A DNA stretch of 64,000 nt. It comes from Patescibacteria group bacterium. GTDB lineage: Bacteria > Patescibacteriota > Minisyncoccia > UBA6257 > 1-14-0-10-40-38. Below, piece after piece: positions 30,241 through 40,385 of this stretch. Position 1 is the stretch's first letter, and each line of letters begins with the position of its first letter. The notes beneath the pieces were generated by a model. The model saw only the letters and a program-made list of their open reading frames with translations. It did not search any database and had not been told where the DNA came from. Location: positions 336-64,335 of the forward strand of contig JBBTRX010000001.1 of the NCBI GenBank assembly GCA_038064975.1, written 5' to 3'. The position numbers and the translations under genes are program-made.

Positions 30241-31071
30241 CTACATCCACCTCTTAGGAACTGGTTCTGATTTGGACGGGCGGACGTAAGCGAAGTAAAC
30301 ACCACTCCCAAATTCCCCACCACACAAAGGAAGACTAAGGGACTTCTCTTCCGAATTATGACTAAGAGAGAATACATACGAGTAACCGTCAATTTCAATC
30401 GGCTCGTGAAGGAAAATTATACTGGACGGATAATGCCTAGAGTAGTCTGGCCAGAATCGAAGAGCATCCTCATACATAGGAAGCTCCAAGCCTCGTTTTT
30501 TACCCTCCCTAATCACGTCTGGAGCGGACATTATTCGTCTGAACGGAATGAAAACAAGGTGACGTACCGTAAACGGAAATGGACGAAGCGGAAATCGAGA
30601 CCCCGTAATTTGATTGCTTACCCAATTATGTATGCCTGCACGTTTAAGATCTCTACATGCATCAGGATGCCTCACACAATTATGTTTGCCCTTGCCTGCG
30701 GCAATAAGATTCCTAGATGAATCATTCCCAATAAGGATTGAGGCGTCAATGCTATTTCTCAATTCATGTGCTCCGTTTGAAATAATGACGCCACATTCAG
30801 CAATGATATCAGGGCGTTCGTGTATAACCAACGAGAGATCCTCAGGAATACCATTTCTCGCCACTATTACTCTTGTGATTTCTGTATACAAATCATCTTT
30901 TGCCTTGCGATCAATTTCTGCATTAAGACTTCCATTCGCTTTCAGATCATCTTCTGTCTTGGAATCACTTTGCAACGACTTAAGCTCAATCTCATTATCA
31001 CGAGGAATCTTCTTTTTACTCTTTTTACTCACGACTTTCCTCCTTGTTCCGTTGTTTTGCCTCCTCTTCAC
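30241..31071 (-). CDS. Hypothetical protein with degenerate DGR-target-like C-terminus
   Basis: IIFLHEPI...VFSL...LSL...FAYVR resembles CPR CLec-type variable protein ends (judged by eye). Confidence 0.5.
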   Translation of the reverse strand: MKRRQNNGTRRKVVSKKSKKKIPRDNEIELKSLQSDSKTEDDLKANGSLNAEIDRKAKDDLYTEITRVIVARNGIPEDLSLVIHERPDIIAECGVIISNGAHELRNSIDASILIGNDSSRNLIAAGKGKHNCVRHPDACRDLKRAGIHNWVSNQITGSRFPLRPFPFTVRHLVFIPFRRIMSAPDVIREGKKRGLELPMYEDALRFWPDYSRHYPSSIIFLHEPIEIDGYSYVFSLSHNSEEKSLSLPLCGGEFGSGVYFAYVRPSKSEPVPKRWM

Positions 31072-31194
31072 GAAGTGAAGTGGTTACCTCGCTGTGCACA
31101 GCACTATCAAGGTGCCGCCGTCAGGTATACAGTATTTACAACTAAAAATCAAGACCATGATTCACAAATTTTTCACTTACCTTTTAAAAAAACA

Positions 31195-33345
31195 CTATTC
31201 CATTTTCAACGAAAGCACTTTAGAAGTCCCGTCCTCTCCCATCGTAACGCCATAGAGTAGATCGGCGGACTCCATTGTCGCACGATTGTGCGTAACAATT
31301 AAAAATTGCGTTTTACCGGAAAACTCTTTAACAATACTCGCAAATCTGCGTGCATTTGCTTCGTCAAGAGGAGCATCAATTTCGTCCAGCACAAGAAATG
31401 GCGGGGGGCTTACCGAAATGAGTGCGAAAAGTGCAGCAACAGAAACAAGTGTTTTCTCCCCGCCTGACAACATATCTAGTCCGCTAATACGTTTTCGCGG
31501 AAGCGAAACAGCAATCTCAATACCGCCATGATCTTGCGAGTGAGTATCATCGCCATCCCCTGGAAGCACTACTTCGCCCTCACCTTCGGTAAGCGTCTGC
31601 GGGCGCGGTTTTTCTAATACGAGCTTTGCTGTTCCCCCACCAAACATCGTATGAAAATAGGTCTGAAACTCATGATTCATTGCTTTCAGCGCCTCGGTAA
31701 AATCATTATGAATTTTATCGTCCAAGTCGTGGATAAGATTGGTAAGATCAGTAAACGCTTTTTCTAAATCCAAAAGCTGGGTAGAGAGAAATGTATATCG
31801 CTCATCCGCTTCCTTTGCTTCTTTGATTACGGCTTCATCAATTTCTCCAATAGAAGCAAGTTCTCCGCGAATACGGAGCATATCACGCTCCGTTTTTACT
31901 ACATCATGACTTTCCTCAATCGGTGAGAAATCTTTTAGCGATCGCCCGATCTGTTCCGCATAATGTGTAAGCTCCTGCTCGCGAATTTTGACGCGCTCTT
32001 CTTCAAACAATATTCTATTCTTCGCGGCTTCTATTTTATTCCGCTCATTCTTTTTTTCTTCAACGGCGGCAAATGCTTTTCTAAATTCAGTATTAAAATC
32101 CGCGAATCCCGTATTTCGCTTTTCTTCCTGGGCAGAAATTTTCGCGAGATCCTCGTCAATTGCCCGCACCTGTTCTAAAAGCGTGTTCCGCTCTTCTTCA
32201 ATTTCCCGATTCGGCGTACCGAAGCCTGCCGCCTCATTCGTTCCGCTATCCAACAAATGATTTATCTTTTCAAAAAGCTGTTTAAGGAGATTCTTAACCA
32301 CGCGTGCATCACTTTCATACATAGCGTCTTCAAGCGTCTCCCGAGTTTCTTCCAATAAACGAACCATTTCCTCGCTGTCTTTTGATCCGTGTACACGCTC
32401 ACCGCCTAATTCAATTTTCGCCTCTATACGGCCCAACGTTTTCTGCAATTCTGATTTCTTCGCGAATAGCGTATCGCGATCCTTTTGCCACGTAAGATAT
32501 TCGTCTCCGGATTTCGGTGACTTCGCCTCAACACTTTTCAATTCCTTCTCTCGTTCTGCAAGCTCCTTTGCGAGTCCTTGGAGTGCTTCATCGTGACTAT
32601 TCATCTCTGGCATTACCCTTTCCCGCTCAGTTTTAAGTTGAGCAAGCTTGATACCAAAATATATTTTTTCCAGATTTGAAAGCTCGTTTACGAGTTCGTC
32701 ATGCTTTTCCCACTTCGCAGTTTGGCGGCGAAGTAAACGAAGGCGGGGCAGAATTTCTTCTACGAGCGCCTTTGCTTTTTCCATATTAAAACGCGTGTTT
32801 TTCAGCTTGAGCTCTGCGTCGTGCTTTTTTAACTGATATTGGCGAAGCCCTAAAATTTCTTCCAACATCGCTCGGCGATCCCGAGCACTGGAACGCACAA
32901 AAATATCGCTATCACCCTGATTCACGATCGTAAGCCCCTTCGTTCCGAGTCGGGATTGCGCGAAAAAATCAATAATATCTTTCAGGCGAACTTCTGCGTC
33001 ATTTAAAAAATATTGTGACGTACCGTCCCGCTCTATCCTGCGACGAATCGCAACTTCCGCATAATCAACGGGGAAAAATCTATTCGCGTTATCAAATACC
33101 ATCGTCGCTTGAGCCACGCCAACACGCGCTCGCTGGGGCGTTCCGGCAAAAATCAAATCTTCGGCCTTAGCTCCGCGCATATTCTTTGCTTCACGTTCTC
33201 CCAAAAGCCAACGCACAGCGTCAATAATATTTGATTTTCCGGAACCATTCGGTCCTACGATCGCAGCTATACCGGCGGGAAATTCAAGAACCGTTTTAGA
33301 AGCAAACGATTTAAAACCAACAAGCTCAATTCTTTTTAGGTACAT
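31195..33345 (-). CDS. smc: Short SMC-family ATPase
   Basis: GFKSF, GPNGSGKSN, LSGGEK, VLDEIDAPLD; follows rnc; only 716 aa. Confidence 0.9.
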   Translation of the reverse strand: MYLKRIELVGFKSFASKTVLEFPAGIAAIVGPNGSGKSNIIDAVRWLLGEREAKNMRGAKAEDLIFAGTPQRARVGVAQATMVFDNANRFFPVDYAEVAIRRRIERDGTSQYFLNDAEVRLKDIIDFFAQSRLGTKGLTIVNQGDSDIFVRSSARDRRAMLEEILGLRQYQLKKHDAELKLKNTRFNMEKAKALVEEILPRLRLLRRQTAKWEKHDELVNELSNLEKIYFGIKLAQLKTERERVMPEMNSHDEALQGLAKELAEREKELKSVEAKSPKSGDEYLTWQKDRDTLFAKKSELQKTLGRIEAKIELGGERVHGSKDSEEMVRLLEETRETLEDAMYESDARVVKNLLKQLFEKINHLLDSGTNEAAGFGTPNREIEEERNTLLEQVRAIDEDLAKISAQEEKRNTGFADFNTEFRKAFAAVEEKKNERNKIEAAKNRILFEEERVKIREQELTHYAEQIGRSLKDFSPIEESHDVVKTERDMLRIRGELASIGEIDEAVIKEAKEADERYTFLSTQLLDLEKAFTDLTNLIHDLDDKIHNDFTEALKAMNHEFQTYFHTMFGGGTAKLVLEKPRPQTLTEGEGEVVLPGDGDDTHSQDHGGIEIAVSLPRKRISGLDMLSGGEKTLVSVAALFALISVSPPPFLVLDEIDAPLDEANARRFASIVKEFSGKTQFLIVTHNRATMESADLLYGVTMGEDGTSKVLSLKME

Positions 33346-33359
33346 GTAAGTTCCTTAGC

Positions 33360-34049
33360 TTAAAATCCCAATTTACCGAGCGCGTTCCGCGCCGCTTCTA
33401 TTTCCGCATCCTGTTTGGACATACCGCTCCCTTCTGCCATAAGTTCATCACCAAAATATGCTCCGACGGTAAATAATTTCGCGTGATCAGGGCCTGTTTC
33501 TTTCAGCACGTGGTACGTAGGGGTAACTTTCTTTTCTTCCTGCACCTTTTCTTGGAGTACACTCTTCGGATCTTTATATAATTTTCTCCTCATAACTTCA
33601 TCCAACCGAGCCATAATTGTCTTATCAACAAAATATTTTGCCGCAGCATACCCGCCATCTAAATGGAGCGCGCCAATAACCGACTCCATCGCATTTGCAA
33701 CAATCACTTCTCTTCCCCGCCCCATGTCTTTTGCCTCTCCGCGGGAAAGTAAAATATGAGCGTCCATGCCGATTGATTTTCCTACGTCCGCCATCATTTG
33801 ATAGTTAACCAGTGCAGAACGGATCGGCGTCATCTGACCTTCGGTATAATCCGGATAGCGATAAAAAAGTTCTTCGGTAACGATAAGCTCTAAAACCGCG
33901 TCACCTAAAAATTCCAGTCGCTCATTATGCGCCTTTGATCGCGAAACATCTTCGTTTAAATAGGAACGGTGAGTCACCGCTTCCTCGAGAAGTGCTTTGT
34001 CTTTAAATTTGTGCCCGAGTATCGCCTCTAATCCTGCGAACTTCATCAT
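33360..34049 (-). CDS. rnc: Ribonuclease III
   Basis: NERLEFLGDAVLE plus dsRBD. Confidence 0.98.
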   Translation of the reverse strand: MMKFAGLEAILGHKFKDKALLEEAVTHRSYLNEDVSRSKAHNERLEFLGDAVLELIVTEELFYRYPDYTEGQMTPIRSALVNYQMMADVGKSIGMDAHILLSRGEAKDMGRGREVIVANAMESVIGALHLDGGYAAAKYFVDKTIMARLDEVMRRKLYKDPKSVLQEKVQEEKKVTPTYHVLKETGPDHAKLFTVGAYFGDELMAEGSGMSKQDAEIEAARNALGKLGF

Positions 34050-34109
34050 AAGTGGATTGAGAAGCAGAAGTAATCAATTAAGGTTATCTTAGATGATCGC
34101 TTCTGATTC

Positions 34110-34550
34110 CTAGTGTGGTGCTGTTTTTTCTTGTGCTTGGATTTCTTTGTAGACCGTTCCCAAAACGCCGTTAATAAATTTTCCGGAATTTGGTCCTCCG
34201 TAATTTTTTGCGATCTCTATCGCTTCGTTGATCGCAACCTTGTGAGGAATTTCCTCGTGATCGGCATAGAGCAATTCATAGAGCCCAATGCGGAGCGCAT
34301 TGCGGTCTATAATCGCAATCTGTTCAATCGGCCATTCAGGGGCAGCTTTTGCAATAATATGGTCAATTTCTTTTCGATGTTCAATTACGCCATTTAAGAG
34401 TTTCCAAGCAAACTCCGGCTCATCGATGCCTGGTGCAAATTCCTGGAGATTCCGCTCTAGGATTGCGGGCAGATCAGCTTTTTCTTTGAAAAAGTCCCAT
34501 TCGTACAGTGATTGCAGAACCACCGAACGGGCAAGTTGTCGAGTTGCCAT
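34110..34550 (-). CDS. nusB: Transcription antitermination factor NusB
   Basis: [25 protein letters not shown]; start moved to ATG 34550. Confidence 0.96.
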   Translation of the reverse strand: MATRQLARSVVLQSLYEWDFFKEKADLPAILERNLQEFAPGIDEPEFAWKLLNGVIEHRKEIDHIIAKAAPEWPIEQIAIIDRNALRIGLYELLYADHEEIPHKVAINEAIEIAKNYGGPNSGKFINGVLGTVYKEIQAQEKTAPH

Positions 34551-34622
34551 AGTAGTAACAGTACACAACTGAAGCAAAAAAATCAAAAACGGGTCCGATT
34601 GTGGAGGACCCGCTTTGATCTC

Positions 34623-34796
34623 TTATTTCACTCGCTCCTTCTTTTTATATATGCCACACTGCGCGCAAGCGCGATGAGGAAGCATCGGCCCTTTGCAATT
34701 CGGGCATACCCGAATATTCTTCGGCTTAAGTGCTAAGTGCGAACGCCGCCGCCCTACTTTTGATTTAGAATGATGTTTAGTCGGTACTCCTCCCAT
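34623..34796 (-). CDS. rpmF: 50S ribosomal protein L32 (zinc-binding type)
   Basis: Below the ORF-track cutoff; hand translation MGGVPTKHHSKSKVGRRRSH...CPNC...PHRACAQCG (57 aa). Confidence 0.93.
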   Translation of the reverse strand: MGGVPTKHHSKSKVGRRRSHLALKPKNIRVCPNCKGPMLPHRACAQCGIYKKKERVK

Positions 34797-35012
34797 ACGA
34801 TTCAGTAGCTAGTATCTAGAAAATAGAATCTAGCAGAAAAATTAGAAATTTCCGCTTCGAGCGGAAGTTAATGATACTAGAGAAGAATAAAGTAATGCGG
34901 CTTGTATGTCAATAAATAGAGCCTCGCGTATGCGAGGCTCTCTGACTCTGGGATGACATCAACTCCCGTTACTCCCTAACGACTGAGGACCTCTTGTATT
35001 GTCTGCGACTAT

Positions 35013-35186
35013 CTAAGAATAGGGGTCGCGGGCGTGAATGTTTTCGAACGTCGTTATTTTTGAATTAAGATCGCGAAGAATATTGACAACATCGGGCTTA
35101 TCCTTGTTTTTCTCAATACTTTGCGCAATGACAGCCTTGACGTAATCCACCGTTGACTGGATAGCCGCGATACGCTCTAGGTTCAT
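35013..35186 (-). CDS. Small hypothetical protein (57 aa)
   Basis: MNLERIAAIQSTVDYVK...; AAGGGAG SD; TTGACA-17-TATTCT upstream; hairpin 34918-34940 downstream. Confidence 0.45.
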   Translation of the reverse strand: MNLERIAAIQSTVDYVKAVIAQSIEKNKDKPDVVNILRDLNSKITTFENIHARDPYS

Positions 35187-35351
35187 AACCGCTCCCTTCC
35201 TTTCTAGTTTGGGACTATTTCCAGAATAGCATCAAATTCTATGGATGTCAAGCATACTTCTTCTACTTTCAAAAACCTACTATAATTGACGCACCGTTCT
35301 TTACCGACCCATAGTTGTTTGTAGTTATAAGTTTTAAGTCTGCCATTTCCT

Positions 35352-38300
35352 ATGCCCAAATTCGTCCATCTTCATACCCACAGCCACTATTCCCTCTTAG
35401 ACGGCCTTCCCAAGGTTGATGAGCTTGTTGAACGTGCCAAAGAACTCGGCATGGATGCTCTCGCGATTACGGACCATGGCAACTTATATGGAGCCGTTGA
35501 ATTTTACAAAAAAGCGAAAGCCGCAGGCATTAAGCCGATTTTCGGAGTAGAGGCATATATCGCGCCCGGCGACCACACGGAAAAGGGAGAAAACGGCAAT
35601 CGGAAATATTTTCATCTTACGCTCATCGTTAAAAACGAAGTGGGTTGGAGAAATCTAATCCAACTCGTCACTAAAGCAAATTTGGACGGCTTTTATTATC
35701 GCCCGCGAATGGATAAAAATCTGCTTCGTAAACACCACGAAGGATTAATTGCGCTCTCCGGATGCCTCGCCGGAGAAGTCTCTCAAGTGCTTCTTGCAAA
35801 CAATATAACAAAGGCCACTGAAGTTGCGAGAGAATATCAAGATATTTTCGGTGCAGAAAATTATTATTTTGAAATCGGCCACCACCCTGGCGTTCCCGAA
35901 ACCGTCCCCGTCCGCGAAGGATTAGTAAAACTTTCCCGCGAACTTGATATCCCGCTCGTAGCAACGCAGGACATTCACTATCTCAAAAAAGAAGACGCGG
36001 AATACCACGACATCTTGCTTGCAGTGCAGACCGGAAACAAAACGAGCGATCCGGACCGCCTTTCGTTAAAAAGCGACGACTTTTCCATGCGCTCGCCCGA
36101 AGAAATGGCTGAGCTTTTTAAGGAAACTCCGGAGGCAGTTGAAAATACGGTAAAAATCGGCGACCAATGCTCATTTGAACTTGAGCTGGATAAAATCAAA
36201 CTTCCTAAATTCCAATTACCAAACGGCGTAACGGCGGAAACTTTTCTTAATAATCTTTTAAAAGAACGAACTCCCGACCGATATACAGAAATAACCGAGG
36301 AAGTACAAAGCCGAGTCGCGATGGAAGTTTCTGTCATCAACAAGATGGGCTTCGCGGATTACTTCTTGATCGTTCAAGACTTTGTAAACTGGGCGAAAGA
36401 ACGCGGCATTGTGGTAGGACCTGGCAGAGGTTCGGCCGCAGGCAGTATCGTTTCCTATATTCTTGGCATTACCGATTTAGACCCTATCCGCTACGAGCTC
36501 ATCTTTGAGCGCTTCTTAAACCCTGACCGCATTCAAATGCCTGACATAGACATCGACATCACGGATATTCGCCGCGATGAAGTTTTGGGCTACCTGCGCG
36601 AGAAATATGGAGAAGACCATGTCGCACACATTATTACCTTTGGAACTATGGCGGCGCGCGCTGCGGTACGCGATGTTGGCCGGGCAACGGGCGTAAGCTA
36701 TGACCTCTGCGACCAAATCGCGAAGCTCATCCCCTTTAACGCGAATCTTCGGAAAGCGATGCGCGAAGTTTCCGATTTAGCAAAACTCGCAAAAGACAAC
36801 GAACAAGCAAAAAACGTGATTGAAGCCGCGACACATTTGGAAGGCGTTGCCCGCCACGCTTCGGTGCATGCCTGCGGCATCGTGATCTCAAACGAACCAC
36901 TCACTAACTATCTTCCCCTCCAGCGCGCTCCGCAGGACGCGAATGTTATCGTAACCCAGTTTGAAATGCATTCCGTGGAATCACTGGGACTTTTAAAAAT
37001 CGATCTCCTGGGACTCCGCAACTTAACAACCATTGAAAATACGGTCCGCCTCGTTAAAGAACTAAGGAATGTTGATATTAATATTTCTCGTATTCCTTTG
37101 GATGACGCAAAAGCATTCCAATTGCTCCGCGATGGTATCACTGCCGGTATCTTCCAGCTGGAATCTTCCGGTATGACGCGCTATCTCAAAGAACTAGCTC
37201 CTACAGAATTGGAAGACATTATCGCCATGGTTGCCTTATACCGCCCGGGACCGATGGAGCTTATTCCGGAATATATTGCACGCAAATATGGTAAGAGCAG
37301 AGTGGCATATCTCCATAAGAAATTAGAGCCTGTGCTTAAAAAAACATATGGCATCATGATCTATCAGGAACAGCTCATGAAAGCGGCACAAGTGCTCGCG
37401 GGCTTTACGCTTGCAGAAGCAGACGTACTCCGCAAAGCAGTCGGCAAAAAAATACGCAAACTTCTTCTTGAACAGAAAGAAAAATTAATCAGTGGCTGCA
37501 TTAAAAACGGCATCTCACAAGATGTTGCCGAAAAATTCTGGAGTCTTGTTGAGCCATTCGACCGCTACGGATTTAATAGATCACACGCTGCATGCTACGC
37601 CATGATCGCCTACCGGACGGCATATCTTAAAGCCAACTATCCCGTTGAGTTTATGACTGCGCTTTTGAATGCGGAATCAAGCGACATTGATCGCATCGCT
37701 TACCTTGTCGCGGAATGTAAAAAAATGAACATTGAAGTGTTTCCACCCGATATCAATGCAAGCTCAGCTTCATTTGCTCCGGATGGTGGAAATATTCGCT
37801 TCGGTCTCGCAGCAATTAAAAACGTGGGTGCAAATATTATTGACGCCATCATTCAAGAACGTTCAAAGGGAGGCCCGTTCCGCAACCTTTCAGAATTTCT
37901 CTCTCGCGTGCGGCACAAAGATTTGAATAAAAAATCACTGGAGGCACTCATTAAATGCGGCGCGCTAGATGTTTTAGGTACTGAACGGAATCAGGCACTT
38001 CAAAATATTGAAGATGTCGTAAAGTTTAATCAGAACATTCGAAAATCAGCGGACAACGCCCAAACCGGACTTTTTGGCGCAGCTCCCATAGGAACGCTTC
38101 GCTTAGCGGAAAAACCACCTGCAACCTCCCAAGAAAAACTTACGTGGGAAAAAGAATTACTCGGCCTCTATATTACCGATCATCCGCTCAATCGTTTCAA
38201 ACCCAAAATAGAACAGGCCAAAGCTGTAGGGATTAAAGAAATTCTCGCAAATCAGGCAGGAACGGGGTATATTAGGACTGCGGGCGTTATTACACAAATC

Positions 38301-38510
38301 AAGCGCATTAACACTAAAAGCGGCAAACCAATGCTCTTCGTAACCTTAGAGGATTGGAACGATTCCTTGGAAGTTATCGTATTTCCGGAAACGTTAAATG
38401 AGCTCGCCTCTGTTTGGGAAGAAAATACGCCGATCCTCCTCGTAGGCAAAATGTCAGCGCGGAACGGAGAATCAAAAATGATTTGTGAGAACGCAGCTAA
38501 GTTGGTTTAA
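35352..38510 (+). CDS. dnaE: DNA polymerase III alpha subunit
   Basis: HLHTHSHYSLLDG, GRGSAAGS, PDIDID, YGFNRSHA; no intein. Confidence 0.99.
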   Translation: MPKFVHLHTHSHYSLLDGLPKVDELVERAKELGMDALAITDHGNLYGAVEFYKKAKAAGIKPIFGVEAYIAPGDHTEKGENGNRKYFHLTLIVKNEVGWRNLIQLVTKANLDGFYYRPRMDKNLLRKHHEGLIALSGCLAGEVSQVLLANNITKATEVAREYQDIFGAENYYFEIGHHPGVPETVPVREGLVKLSRELDIPLVATQDIHYLKKEDAEYHDILLAVQTGNKTSDPDRLSLKSDDFSMRSPEEMAELFKETPEAVENTVKIGDQCSFELELDKIKLPKFQLPNGVTAETFLNNLLKERTPDRYTEITEEVQSRVAMEVSVINKMGFADYFLIVQDFVNWAKERGIVVGPGRGSAAGSIVSYILGITDLDPIRYELIFERFLNPDRIQMPDIDIDITDIRRDEVLGYLREKYGEDHVAHIITFGTMAARAAVRDVGRATGVSYDLCDQIAKLIPFNANLRKAMREVSDLAKLAKDNEQAKNVIEAATHLEGVARHASVHACGIVISNEPLTNYLPLQRAPQDANVIVTQFEMHSVESLGLLKIDLLGLRNLTTIENTVRLVKELRNVDINISRIPLDDAKAFQLLRDGITAGIFQLESSGMTRYLKELAPTELEDIIAMVALYRPGPMELIPEYIARKYGKSRVAYLHKKLEPVLKKTYGIMIYQEQLMKAAQVLAGFTLAEADVLRKAVGKKIRKLLLEQKEKLISGCIKNGISQDVAEKFWSLVEPFDRYGFNRSHAACYAMIAYRTAYLKANYPVEFMTALLNAESSDIDRIAYLVAECKKMNIEVFPPDINASSASFAPDGGNIRFGLAAIKNVGANIIDAIIQERSKGGPFRNLSEFLSRVRHKDLNKKSLEALIKCGALDVLGTERNQALQNIEDVVKFNQNIRKSADNAQTGLFGAAPIGTLRLAEKPPATSQEKLTWEKELLGLYITDHPLNRFKPKIEQAKAVGIKEILANQAGTGYIRTAGVITQIKRINTKSGKPMLFVTLEDWNDSLEVIVFPETLNELASVWEENTPILLVGKMSARNGESKMICENAAKLV

Positions 38511-38606
38511 CGACAAGTAAAATAGGGACAGGTGACATGTCCCGTGTCCCATGCTCCATGTCCCAAAACTCACCAACTCATCAACTGACTAACTGATCAA
38601 CTGTAT

Positions 38607-40355
38607 ATGAATTCCAGCAACGCAAACCTAGAGTCTATTAGACATTCTCTTGCTCATATTCTCGCCTCTGCGGTACAGAAAAAGTTCCCCGGAGTAAAAC
38701 TCGGCATCGGTCCGGCAATCCAGGACGGGTTTTATTATGATTTTAAATTTAAAAATAATCCCGGACCGGAAATCCTTGCGGAATTAGAGTCTGAGATGCG
38801 TGCGATTATCAAACAGAATCTCCTCTTCTCCGGAACTAAAATTACTCCGCAGAAAGCTCGCAATCTTTTTAAGGGCCAGCCGTTCAAGCTTGAACTCATT
38901 AAAGATTTCACAAAAGATAAAAAACAACTCACTTCGTACGCCACGGGAACAATTTTTATGGATCTCTGTCGCGGAGGGCATGTTAAGAATACCGGCATGA
39001 TAAATCCGGATGCTTTTAAACTCTCACACCTCGCCGGAGCATATTGGCGCGGAGACGAAAAGAAACCGCAACTCCTCCGCATTTATGGATTTGCGTTTGA
39101 AACTAAAGAAGATTTGGATAAACACCTCGCACTGCTTGAAGAAGCAAAAAGACGCGATCATAAAAAACTAGGAAAAGATCTGGATCTCTTTACGTTTTCC
39201 GACCTTGTGGGCGCAGGGCTCCCCCTTTGGACTCCGAAAGGCACAGTTGTACGGGACATGTTGGATTCATTTGTTTGGGAACTCCGAAAATCTCGCGGGT
39301 ACGATCGCGTGGATATTCCTCATATCACGAAGAAAGATCTCTACGAAACGAGCGGTCATTGGGATAAATTTAAAGAAGAACTATTCCATATCACCACACG
39401 CGAAGGGCATCTTTTGGTTTTAAAGCCAATGAACTGCCCGCATCACACGCAGATTTACGCACGTAAGCAGTGGAGCTATCGGGAACTACCTCAACGCTAT
39501 GCCTCTACAACGAAAGTATATCGCGACGAACAGACCGGAGAACTCGCGGGACTTGCTCGCGTACGCGCGATTACACAAGACGACGCGCATGTCTTTTGCA
39601 GAAAAAACCAGATTGGAGAAGAAATGGGACGCGTTGCCGATATTATCAATGAATTCTATCGCGTGTTTGGTTTTTCACTTTCCGTCCGCCTTTCGTTTCA
39701 TGACCCGAAAGAAAAATCAAAATACCTCGGCACCCCAAAGCTTTGGAAGGAAGCAGAAGCAGAACTCCGTAAGCTCATAGCAGAAAAAGGATACGAAGCA
39801 ACGGAAGCAAAAGGAGAAGCAGCGTTTTACGGTCCTAAGATTGATTTCATCGCCAAGGACTCGCTGGGACGCGAGTGGCAAGTCGCGACAATCCAGTTGG
39901 ATATGATCCAGCCAGAACGGTTTAATCTCACCTGCATCGGGGAAGACGGAAAACCGGAAGGCATTTTTATGATTCACGCCGCAATCATGGGATCTCTGGA
40001 ACGATTCATCTCTGTCCTTATTGAGCACACTGCCGGAGCATTTCCCGTCTGGCTCGCACCGACACAGGTACGCATTCTCCCTATTGGAGAAAAATTCTCC
40101 GAATACGCAAAGAGTGTGGAGCAGAAATTTATGAGCGCAGACATCCGTACGGAAATGAGCGAAAATGATTCTTTGGGAAAACGTATTAGAGAATCTGAAA
40201 TGCAAAAAATCCCCTATACGATTATCGTGGGAGAAAAGGAACAAACAGCCGGAACCATAAGCGTTCGTCGCTACGGCAAGGGAGATGAAGGAATCATCCA
40301 ACTAGAACAATTTCTGGAAAGAATCCAAAACGAAGTCAAAACAAAATCCGCCTAA
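38607..40355 (+). CDS. thrS: Threonine--tRNA ligase
   Basis: RHSLAH, DLCRGGH, KPMNCP, AFYGPKID. Confidence 0.99.
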   Translation: MNSSNANLESIRHSLAHILASAVQKKFPGVKLGIGPAIQDGFYYDFKFKNNPGPEILAELESEMRAIIKQNLLFSGTKITPQKARNLFKGQPFKLELIKDFTKDKKQLTSYATGTIFMDLCRGGHVKNTGMINPDAFKLSHLAGAYWRGDEKKPQLLRIYGFAFETKEDLDKHLALLEEAKRRDHKKLGKDLDLFTFSDLVGAGLPLWTPKGTVVRDMLDSFVWELRKSRGYDRVDIPHITKKDLYETSGHWDKFKEELFHITTREGHLLVLKPMNCPHHTQIYARKQWSYRELPQRYASTTKVYRDEQTGELAGLARVRAITQDDAHVFCRKNQIGEEMGRVADIINEFYRVFGFSLSVRLSFHDPKEKSKYLGTPKLWKEAEAELRKLIAEKGYEATEAKGEAAFYGPKIDFIAKDSLGREWQVATIQLDMIQPERFNLTCIGEDGKPEGIFMIHAAIMGSLERFISVLIEHTAGAFPVWLAPTQVRILPIGEKFSEYAKSVEQKFMSADIRTEMSENDSLGKRIRESEMQKIPYTIIVGEKEQTAGTISVRRYGKGDEGIIQLEQFLERIQNEVKTKSA

Positions 40356-40368
40356 TCGGCGGATTTTT
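40343..40368. terminator. Bidirectional terminator between thrS and the RT gene
   Basis: AAAATCCGCC-TAATC-GGCGGATTTT. Confidence 0.75.
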
Positions 40369-40385
40369 TAGAAACACAAGCCCTT

